From NCBI GenBank assembly GCA_028287105.1, contig JAQBQH010000344.1:26-64025 (forward strand): a stretch of 64,000 bases of DNA, in the 5' to 3' direction. A model generated the notes under the pieces. The model ran no database searches, was not told where the DNA came from, and saw only the letters and a list, made by a program, of their open reading frames with translations. Origin of the DNA: Myxococcales bacterium. GTDB lineage: Bacteria > Myxococcota_A > Polyangia > Palsa-1104. Positions 1 through 10,000 of the stretch are shown here, piece after piece (position 1 is the first letter of the stretch; each line of letters begins with the position of its first letter). The position numbers and the translations under genes were made by a program.

Positions 1-179
1 ACGCCGCCGGCCGCTCGTTCGAGATCGGCGAGCGCGGCGCGGGTGCCGTCGCTGGAGCCGCCGTCGACGACGACGACCTCGGCGCGCGTGGCGGCCGCCC
101 GCAGCGCCGCCGCGAGCGCGGGCACCTCGGCCGCCTCGTTGAGCACCGGCACCACCACTGCGACGCCCGCCATGACCAT
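1..179 (-). CDS. Glycosyltransferase family 2, N-terminal part; the gene starts at 179 and runs off the window start
   Basis: The minus-strand translation from the ATG at 177-179 reads MVMAGVAVVVPVLNEAAEVPALAAALRAAATRAEVVVVDGGSSDGTRAALADLERAAGG. This contains the GT-2 hallmark (VVVPVLNE ... VVVDGGSSDGT). It lies 10 nt downstream of the lipoprotein gene stop at 190. Confidence 0.55.
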   Translation of the reverse strand, partial: MVMAGVAVVVPVLNEAAEVPALAAALRAAATRAEVVVVDGGSSDGTRAALADLERAAGG

Positions 180-189
180 CTATTACGGC

Positions 190-1062
190 TCAATAGCGAT
201 TGCGGATCAAGCTGCGCGCGGCTTTCTGGGCGTCGAGGTTCTCGGGCGCCGCTTCGGGCAGCGCGTTGGCGTCGGCGGCGATGACCTCGTCGAGCAGGCG
301 CCGGTAGAGCGCGGCGTCGCGCACGCGCGTGGCGTATTCCTCCGCATAGGCGATGCGCGTCGGCAGATAGGCGGGCGCGGCGGCTACGGCGGCTTCGAAG
401 TGCTCGAGCGCGTCGCGCAGATTCTGGCGCGCCTCCGGCATCTCGCAGTCGAGGATGCCGAGGACGCGGTCCGGCGCGGCCCAACCGATCGAGCGATCGA
501 AGCCGAGCGCGCGCACCGAGGCGACGATGATCCAGGGGCGGCGGTCGAGCAGCGTCGAGGTGCCGTTGGCGATGGCCCAACCGAGGAGCGCCTCGGCATA
601 GAGCGTGAGCGCGGGGGCGTCGGCGGGCTCGGCGTACGAGAAGATCTGCTCCGGACCCTTGCCGCTCTGCGCCGCCTCGCGGAGCTTGGCGTTGCGGGCG
701 GCCATGGCGCGCTCGGCGAAGCTGGTCGCCTCTTCGTAGCGGGCGATGACGGCGCCGCCGAGGCCGGCGCGGCGCAGCGCGACCCGCGCCAGGCGCACCA
801 GGATGGCCGCGTCCGACGGCCGATAGCGCAGAGCGGCGCCATAGGCGCGCGCGGCTTCGTCGAGCTGCTTGGGGTCCTGCCGCTTCTGCCAGGCGCGATC
901 GCCGTCGGCGAGGAGGTCGGAGATGAGCTGGTCGGAGAGATCGCCGAACGGCTCGGCCGGTGCGCGGAAGGCGGCCGAGCGATGCGCAATGCAGCCGCTG
1001 GCGAGCAGCGCAGCGACGGCGAGCATCGCGAAGAGGGGAGGACGATGTGCGTGCGCGGTCAC
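190..1062 (-). CDS. TPR-like lipoprotein, 290 aa
   Basis: Signal peptide plus lipobox (MLAVAALLASGC). The body is helical and Ala/Leu-rich, consistent with TPR/YbgF-like repeats. The start (GTG at 1062, or ATG at 1026) overlaps the stop of the giant TPR gene (1059-1061) in a GTGA arrangement, suggesting translational coupling. Confidence 0.6.
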   Translation of the reverse strand: MTAHAHRPPLFAMLAVAALLASGCIAHRSAAFRAPAEPFGDLSDQLISDLLADGDRAWQKRQDPKQLDEAARAYGAALRYRPSDAAILVRLARVALRRAGLGGAVIARYEEATSFAERAMAARNAKLREAAQSGKGPEQIFSYAEPADAPALTLYAEALLGWAIANGTSTLLDRRPWIIVASVRALGFDRSIGWAAPDRVLGILDCEMPEARQNLRDALEHFEAAVAAAPAYLPTRIAYAEEYATRVRDAALYRRLLDEVIAADANALPEAAPENLDAQKAARSLIRNRY

Positions 1063-4000
1063 GTGAGCGCGAGGGCGAAGGCGACCAGATCGCCGAGCGG
1101 AGAGGTCGTAAGCAGCGCGGCGCGTTCGGCCACACCGGTGCCCTCCGACGGCGCCAGCGCGGTCAAAGCGGCGCGCAGATCGCCGGTGGCGGCGAGGGCC
1201 GCGCGATCGGCCGAGAGTCGCTCGGCGCGGATCCAGTCGGCGGCGGCGGCGGCGGCACGGGAATCGACGACCGCGGCGGCGAGCACCACCTCGAGGCGCG
1301 CGCGCGCCGGCTCCGGTAGCCGCTCGGGATCGAGCTGTAGCTGCGCGAGCTCGGCCTGCCAGGCGCGTACGAACGCGGCAAAGGCGACGCCGCGATCGGG
1401 GGCGCGCAGATCGGGCAAGAAGAGCGCGGCCGCCGCGCGCAAGAGCGCGGCGACGTCGTCCGGCGGGCGACCCTCGACGAGCGGCACGCCGGCGTAGAGC
1501 GCGTACATCGCGCGCGCGGCGGCGAAGCGGGCCACGCCTTCGTCGGCGAGCGTGCGGCGCGCCAGGAGGAGCCGCGGCGGTCGGGTCGGCTCCGCCCAGG
1601 CCGGATCGCGGAGGTCGACGACGACCGCGGCCTCCAGCTCGCGGCTGCCGGTGGCGCGCTCGACGACGGCGCGCAGCTTGTCGGTCCAGGCGGGCGCCGG
1701 ATCGGCGTCGATCTCCGACGGTGCCAGCCCCATGAGCAGCGGCGCCAGCGCGGCCATGGCGTCGTGCAGGGGGCCGATGGCGTCGGGGTGCACGATCGCC
1801 TCGGGCGGCAGCGTGATCGGTTCCGGGGGCCCCAGCTCGCGCAGCCGGATCGCGGCCAGCGAGGCCGGCTCGACAAAGGTGCCGACCGCGTAGTGCACGC
1901 GCGCGCGGGCGATGTCGCCGGCGGCGTCATGCAGTCGCGCCAGCGCCAGCCGGGCGCCGGCGACGAGCGGGCCCGTCGGATCGCCCAGGATCGTCTCGAG
2001 CGCGATCTGCAGATTGCCGCGCCCCTCGGGGCCGAGCGCGCGCGCCGAGGCGCGCAGCGCCGGATCGATCTGCCCGATGGAGAGGATCTTCGCCGCCGCC
2101 AGGAGCTCGGCGAGCCGCGGCGCCGTCGGACGCGCGACCGCCACCACGACCGTGCCGCGCGCTTCGTCGCCGCCGAGCGCCAGCCCCAGCCCCGCTTCGA
2201 TGGCGGCCTCCTCGAGTGGCTGGCCGAGCTGCTCGAGGTCGCGCGCCACGTCCTTGAGCGCCACGAAGTCGCCCTCGGAATAGTAGTAGGCGACGAGGCG
2301 GCGCAAGGTCGGCGCGTGCGTCGGATGCAGGTCGGCCGCTTTGAGATAGGCGTCGTTGGCGCTCTCGAGATCGCCCATGCCGAGGCGCAAGAGCTCGCCG
2401 CGACGGAAGAGCAGCTCGGCGCGCTCGGCCGGCTCGCGCACGAGGCGGGAGAGCCGCGCCAGCGCATCGGCCGACGCCTGCCACTCCTCCTGCTCCATGT
2501 AGATGCGCGCCAGGAGCTCGAGCGCGCGCGCCTCCATCGGCAGCTGCGACAGGACCAGCTCGAGGTAGTTGCGCGCCGCGTCGCGATCGCCGAGCTTGAA
2601 CGCCAGCTCGCCGAGGTGTCGGCGCAGCTCGGTGATGCGCTCGACGGCGTCGAGCGGCAAGAGATCGAGCACTGCGCGCAGCGCCTGAAAGGCGCCCAGG
2701 TCGTCGCTGCGGCCGATGGCCAGTCGCGCCAGCGCCTGATGCGCCGACAGGTTGGAGCCGTTGTGCAGGACGGCCTGCTCGTAGAAGGCGCGCGCCTCCT
2801 CGAGGTCGCCCGCCTCTTCGGCCAGCTCGGCGCGACGCCGGGAGACCTCGTCGGCGCCGAGCGACGACGGGCGGTCGCCGAGCGCGGAGTAGAGCGCGCG
2901 CGCCCGCGAGACGTGGCGCGTGCGATAGGAGAGGTCGGCGAGCGCGTCGAGCGCCGTGGTGTGCTCGGGCTCGGCGATGAGCGCGGCTTCGTAGTCGGAG
3001 GCGGCGGCGGCGACGTCGTAGAGCTCGGTCTCGGCGATGCGGCCGGCCTCGAAGCGGCGCTCGGCCCGCTCGGCGTGGTCGCTGATGGCGGCGGCGCGCG
3101 CGCGCAAGAGCTGGGCGAGGCCGGCGGCGTCGCGGCGCGTCTCGAGGATGTGCTTGCGCGCGATGAAGGCCTCGGCGTCGTCGGGCGCGCGCGCCAGGAG
3201 CTCCTGGCTGCGCACGTCGATCTCGGCGCTGTCGCCCACGCGCACGGCGAGCGAGAGCACGCGGCGCAGGAGCTCCAGGCGCACTTCACCCTCGGGCTCG
3301 ACGGCCAGCCGCTCTTCGAGCCGACGGCGCAGCTCTTCGGGATCGCCCTCGTCCTCGGCGATTCGCAGGAGGCTGTCGTCGGCCTTGCGACCGGCTTCGC
3401 CGCCGATGGCCGCGGCTTCGGCGAGCCGCTGACGCGCGCGCTCGTGGTCGCCGGCATGCTCGTGCAGCTCGCCGGCGCGCGAGAGCGCCTCGGCGCGGGC
3501 CGCCGCCTGATCGACTCCGGTCAGCGTCGCCGCCAGCCGCTCGGCAGAGAGCGCGGCGTCGCGCCAGCGCTGCGCCTCGGCGTAGAGCCGCACGAGGTCG
3601 GCCCACGGCGCGTCGGCCGCGGGCGCGCCGGCGTCGAGGACCAGCTCCGCCGCCTGCTCGAAGTTGCGCAGCGCCGCGGCGCCGTCGAGGATCTTGTCCT
3701 CGAGGAGGTGCGCCATCTCGATGTGCAGGCGTGCCCGCTCGGCGGCGTCGGTGGTGAGCGCCAGCTCGCGATAGCGCTGCTCGGCCGCGAGCGCCCACTC
3801 GCCGCGCGCCTCGGCCATCTCGCGCAGCCCGCGCGCCGCCTCGCGCAGGTTGGGATCGCAGGCGACTGCCTCTTTGTAGGAGCGATAGGCGTCTAGCTCA
3901 CGCTTGAGCTCGTTCTGGAACAGGCGCGCCCGCTGTAGCGCCAGGCGCGCGCGCTCGCGCCGGTCGGCCGTCAGCGCCGCGGCCCGTCCCAGGAGATCGG

Positions 4001-7000
4001 CGTGCCGCTCCGAATCGCCGCGCGCGGCCGCCAGGCGGGCCAGCGCGTCGACGGGGCGGCGGTCGGCCGGATCGAGCGCCGCGGCCAGCTGATAGAGCCG
4101 CTCCGCCGTCACCGAGTCGCCCTCGACGAGCAGCACGTCGGCGGCGTCGACGGCGCAGGCGGCGGCGCGCATCGGCTCGAGGTCGGGCGCATCGGCCGCC
4201 GCGATGAGGTGCTCCAGCGCGCCCGCCAGATCGCCACGCTTCTTGTAGACGTCGGCGAGCGCGGCGTGCGCGCGGCCCACGCGCGGCGTGGTGATGAGCG
4301 CGTGCAGGAACTCGGCTTCCGCCTCGGCGTCGGCGCCGGCCTGCAGCAAAAGCTCGCCTTTGACGATCTTGAGCTGCGACAGCTCGATCTGGGTCTGCGG
4401 GGTCGCCGGCCCGTCGGCGACGAGCTTGATCTCGCGCTCCAGGACGGCGAGCGCGTAGATCGGCTCCGCCGCGGCGCCGTAGGCGATGCGTGCGCGCGCG
4501 GCCAGCTCGCGCTGCTCGGGCTCGCGATCGAAGAGGGCCGCGTAGCGTCGCGCCGCGTCGCCGGCGTGGCCCAGATCGCGCTCCAGCGTCTCGGCCGCCT
4601 CCAGCTCCAGCGCGAGGCGCTCGGCCGGATCGCTGGTCTGGGTCACCTGCGCATCGATTGCGACGACGAGATCGAGAAAGCGGCGCTCGGCACGCAGCAG
4701 CTGCCGTAACCGCGCCGGGTCGAGCGGCATCGGCATCCCCGCCGCACGCGCGCGCTCCACGAACGCGAGCGCCCGCCCGGCGTCGGCGCCGCTCGACAGG
4801 TAGGCCTCGCCGGCAAGGCGCGCCAGCTCGTCGCGCTCGCTGGGGTCGAGCCGCGGATCCTCGAGCGCGGCTTCGAAGAGCGGCGCCGCGTCGGCGTGAC
4901 GACCGTGACGGCCGTACAGCTCCCACAGCGCGCGCGCCGCCTCCAGCGACGGCGCGGCCCCGAGCGACGTGGTCCAGGCGCTCTCCGCCCGCTCCTCGTC
5001 GCCGATGCGCGACGCCAGCCGCCCGAGCTCTCGCGCGTACGCCGCCTGCCGCTCCATCGACGCCCGCGGCAGCTCGCGCTCGAGCCGCGCCATGAGCGCC
5101 GCCGCGTCGCCACCCGCGCGCAGCCGCGAGAGCACGCGATCGCGCGCCGCTTCGTCCGAAGGATCGAGCAGGAGGATCTGCTCGTCGAGCCGCGTCCCCT
5201 CCAGCTCCGACAGATGCGGCACCGCCTCGCGGAGGAGCGTCGCGCGCTCGAGGCCGGTCGCCTGCTCGGCCTGCTTGAGCAGCACCTCGGCCAGCTTGGC
5301 GCCGTCGCCGCGCGCGCGATGCAGCTCGGCGAGCCGCGGCCACGCCTGGTCGGCGCCGAGCTGGACCGCCTGCAACAGCGATTGCTCCTCGTCGATGCTG
5401 TCGCCGCGCTCGTGGGCATGCTCGGCGAGCCGCAGATGCACGCGCGCCGCTTCGTCCGCGGGCACGGCGAAGCGCGCCAGCGCCTCGCGATAATAGTCGG
5501 TCGCCGGCTCATGCTCGCCCGCGTCGTGATGGAAGTCGGCGAGCGGCAGCAGCAGATCGGCGCGCTCGCGATCGGCGGCGAAGGCGCGCGCCAGGCAGCG
5601 CGCACCGCGATCGGGATCGGCGAGCGGACCGAGGTACAGCCGCCCCAGGCGCGCCCACACCTCGGCGTCGGCGGGGCCGAGGGGCAGCGCGCGCTCGAGC
5701 AGCATCGCCGCGCGCGCCGGGTCGGCCAGCCGATCGGCGGCGAGCTGCGCCGCGCGCAGGTACATGCCGCGCGCCTCGGCGGGCGGTTTGCGTACCGCCT
5801 CGTCGGCGAGACGCGCCGCCAGCTCGTCGAGCCGACCGGTCGCTTCCAGCGCCCGCTCCAGCGTCTCCGACGAGCCGGGCAGCTTCCACAAGAGCGTGAC
5901 CACCTCCTGGAACGCACCGCGCTCGGCGTACAGCTCGGCCAGGTGGCGCAGATCGGCCGGCGTCGCGCCACCCTCTTCGCGCAGCCGCTCGAGCGCCGCC
6001 TCGGCCGCTCGCGGGTCGCCCGCGCGGAGGAGCGCCGCCTGCGCGCGCAAGAGGTCGCTGCGCAGCGGCGCCAGATCGGGGAACGGCTCCGATTCGGACA
6101 GCGCCCGCTCGACGGCGGCGCGCGCCCCGGCCAGGTCGCCCAGGCGATCGCGCAGCAGGCTGGCGCGCGCGGCGGAGATCTGGGCGCGGCGGCGCGGATC
6201 GTCGATGCGCTCCCACGCCGCCTGCAGCGCGCGCGCCGCGCCGTAGGGATCGCCTTCGCGTGCGAGGCCCAGCGCCGCCCCGACGTAGGCAGGATCGAGC
6301 GCCAGCGCCGACTCGTAGCGCGCCGCCGCCTCCGGCCCATGCATGCGATCGCCGAGCGCCACCAGCACCTCGGCCGTCGGTGACAGGGTAGCCGCGCGTT
6401 CGAGCGCCAGGCGCTCCTCGTCGCTCCCCGGCGGCAGGTCGCCGGCCACGGTGGCGAACAGCCAGGCGCCGTCCTCGACGGCAAGTCGCGGCGCCAGCTC
6501 GTCCGCGAGCGCCAGGATGGCCGCGGGCGACAGCCCGTTCATCGCCCACGCCAGCGACTCGGCATCGCGCGCATCCTGGGCCAGCGCCTCGATCGCGGCG
6601 GCGCGCGCCTCGCTGGCACGACCGGCGCGGAAGGCCGCCTCGGCGCGCTTCTTCGGCGGTGCCGCCGCGCCGGCGCGATGATAGGCCGCCGCCGCGCGCT
6701 CGCCGTCGCCGAGCGCCTCCCAGGTGCCGGCGAGCAGCACCCAGCCGTTGCCGTCGAGCGTGCCCAGCTCCGCCGCGCGGGTGAGCGCGCGCGCCGCCTC
6801 GGCCGGCTGGCCGCGCGAGGAGAGCAGGGTACCGTAGGCGCGGTGCGCCGCGCCCACGTCGGGCGCCACCTCGATGACCTCGCGCAGCCGCGCCAGCGCC
6901 GCGTCGCTGTCGCCGGCCTTGGCCAGCACCGTCGCCACCTCGATGCCGAGCTCCGCTTCGCGTGCCGGCCCTTCGAAGGTGCGCCGCGCGATGCGCAAGA

Positions 7001-10000
7001 GCCGCTCGAGCGCCGCCAGCTGCCCCGCCGCGTTGCCGCGCGCGCGCTCCAGATCGATCAGCACCAGCGCCGCGTCGCGATCGTCGGGATCGAGCTCCAG
7101 CGCCCGTCGCGCCAGCTCCTCCGAGGAGCTCGAGCGATGCGCCGCCGCCACGCGCAACAGGCGCCGCGTCGCCCAGCGCTCGCTCGACTCGTCGTGCGCC
7201 GCCGCCGCGCGCGCCCGCAGCTCCTCGAGCGCCGGTGCCGCCTGCGCCAGCGTCCCGCGCGCCTCCTCGATCTCGGCGCGCAGCTTGAGCGCCGCGTCGG
7301 GCGCCGTGGTCGGCACCAGATCGCGTAGCAGCGCCAGCGCTCCGTCGAGATCGCCGCGCGCATGCCGCGCCCGCGCGCGCTCGGCCACCGCCAGCGAGCG
7401 GGCTGCGCCGTCCTCGGTCAGCTCCGCCAGCCGCCCGAGCAGCAGATCCTCCTCGGCGGCATCGCCGCGGCCGCGCGCCAGCGCCAGCAGGCTCTGCAGC
7501 GCCACGCGGCTCTTCGGCTCCACCTCGAGCGCCTTGTGCAGCACCGCGCGCGCGCGCTCGGGGTCGTTCAGTCGATCGTGCGCCAGGTGCGCGATCTCGA
7601 CGTAGAGCGCCTCGGCTTCACCGCGCCGCCCGTCGGCCGCGTGGCGCTCCGCCAGCCGCGTCAGGAGCTGCGCCAGCGGCTGCCATTCGTTGCCGTTGCG
7701 CAAGAGCGCCGCCAGTCGGTTCCAGGCCGCCGCCGACGACGGCCTGAGCGCGATCAGCTGCTCGTACGCGTGGACCGCCGCGCGCAGCTCGCCGAGCGAC
7801 TCGAGCAGCGCCGCCCGTCGGAACAGGAGCTCGACGATGACGTCGAAGTCGGTCTCGACCTCGGCGCGCACGGCCAGGAGCTCGGCCAGCTCGCGCGATC
7901 CACCGCGCGCCGCCAGCGCCTGATCGATCACCGCGAGCGCAATCCGTTCGCGCGGTGCCAGCGCCAGCGCCTTGCGCGCCGTGCGCTCGGCCTCTTCGCG
8001 CATTCCCGTCGCCGCGTAGAGCTCGGCCAGCCGCGCCAGCGTCGGCGCCGCCGCCTCCGGCTCGACCGGATCGGCCGCCAGCGCCGTCAGCTTCTCGAGC
8101 GCCGCCCGCTCGTCTTCGGTCGCGCCGCGCGCCCGCGCATCGCCCGCCAGCCACGTCAGCGCCGGCCGGAACGCCGCGTCGAGCTCCAGCGCCCGCGCGT
8201 AGGCCGCGCGAGCCGCGTCGGGACGCCCGAGCTCCGCCTGCAGCGCCGCCAGGCGGCCCAGGATCGCTTTCTGCTCGGTGGGCCGCTTCGCCGTCGCTGC
8301 CACTTTGCGCCCGAGCACCTGCGCCACGCCTTCGAGGTCCTGCGCCTCGGCCGCCAGCGCCTCCAGCGCGTCGAGCGCGGTGATCTGCAACGGGTCGAGC
8401 CCGAGCGCCCGCTCGTAGCCGGCGAGCGCCTCCTGGCGGCGTCCGGCGCGCTTGCGCCAGATCTCGGCGGCCACGACGAGGCGGCCGGCACGCACGGTGT
8501 CGGGCTCGTTGGTGCTCGGATCGTCGGCAGCGCGCAGCTGCGCCTCGGCTTCGGCGTGGAAGTCGCCGAGCGAATGGAAGATGCCGGCGAGCGCGTTGTG
8601 CGCCCGCACCGCGTCGGCCGCGTGCGCGCCTGCCGTCAGCGCCGCCTGGTAGAAGGGCACCGCCTCGTCGGCACGCCCCTGACGCTCGGCGATCTCGCCG
8701 AGGCGCAGCGCGCGCTCGCCCCGCGGCTGTAGCCCGCGCGCGAACAGCGGCTCGAGCGCCGCCCGCGCCTCGTCCCACAGCTTGAGCGCGTAGGCGACCT
8801 CGCCGAGACCCACGCGCGCCTGCACGTCGTCATCGGGCGGCGAAATGGCGAGCGCCCGCCGATAGCTCTCGAGCGCGTCCGACATACGTGACAGCCGCGC
8901 CCGCGCCGCGCCCTGCGCTGCCAGCGCCCGCGCCCGCCCCGGATCGTCGTCGCGCAGCTCGGCCAGCTTGCCGAGCGCCGCCTCGAGGCCGCGGTCGTCG
9001 CCCTGACGCATGAGCACGTCGGTGATGAGCTCGACCGCGCGCCGCTCGTCGACGTCGCGCAGGGTCTCGCCGATCAGCTCCTCCAGCAGCGCCCGCGCGC
9101 CGTCGAGATCTCCGTCGGCGGAGCGCAGCTCGGCCAGCCGCAGCCGCGCCGACGGATCGCCGCCCACCGCCGCCAGCCGCTCGAGCGCCGCCCGCAGATC
9201 GCCGCCCCGCCCGAGCGCCGCGTAGGCCTGCGCCATGACCGCCGCCGCCGCCGCCGGGAACGAATTGGAGACCTCCTCGGCCGCCGCCGCCGCCTCTTCG
9301 TAGCGCTCGAGCCGCGCCAGCACCTCGGCCTGCCGCAGCTTGGCGCGCCGGTCACCCCCGTCGGCCAGCTGCGAGCAGAGCCGCTCGAGGTCGTCGAGCC
9401 GACCGTCCTCCTCGGCCAGCTCCACCGCCAGCTGTAGCGCCGCCGTCGACGGCACGATCGCCAGCGCCCGCTCGACGTAGGCCCGCGCACCGTGCTGATC
9501 GTGCAGCGCCTCCCGCGCCAGCCGCGCCAATGCCACCAGGAGGTTGGCGCGCGTCGGATCGTCGTGCGTCTCCTCGGCGCGCTCGATCGCGTCCTGGTAG
9601 GCGGCCACCGCGTCGTCGAGCCGGCCCAGGCGCGCCAACAGCTCGGCCGTCCGCTCGAGCGCGGCCAGATCCGTCGACGCCGCGCGCAGCGCCGCATGGG
9701 CGTGGCCCAACGCCGCCTCGACGTCGCCTTCGGCCTCCGCCAGCACCGACGCGCGCAGCTCCAGCGCCGCCCGCGCGCCGCCCTCGAGCAGCGCCGCCGC
9801 CTTGCCGAGCGACTCCCGCGCGCGCTTGCCGTCGCCGGTCGCCTCGAGCGTGCGGGCATACAGCTCCCACAGCTTGGCCTCGCCCTCCTGCCCGCGCAGC
9901 ACCCGCTCCAGCTCGTCGCGCGCGCGCACTGGATCGTGCAGCTCGTCGAGCCATACCCGCGCGATACGCCCGCGCACCTCCGCCTCGACCACGGGATCGT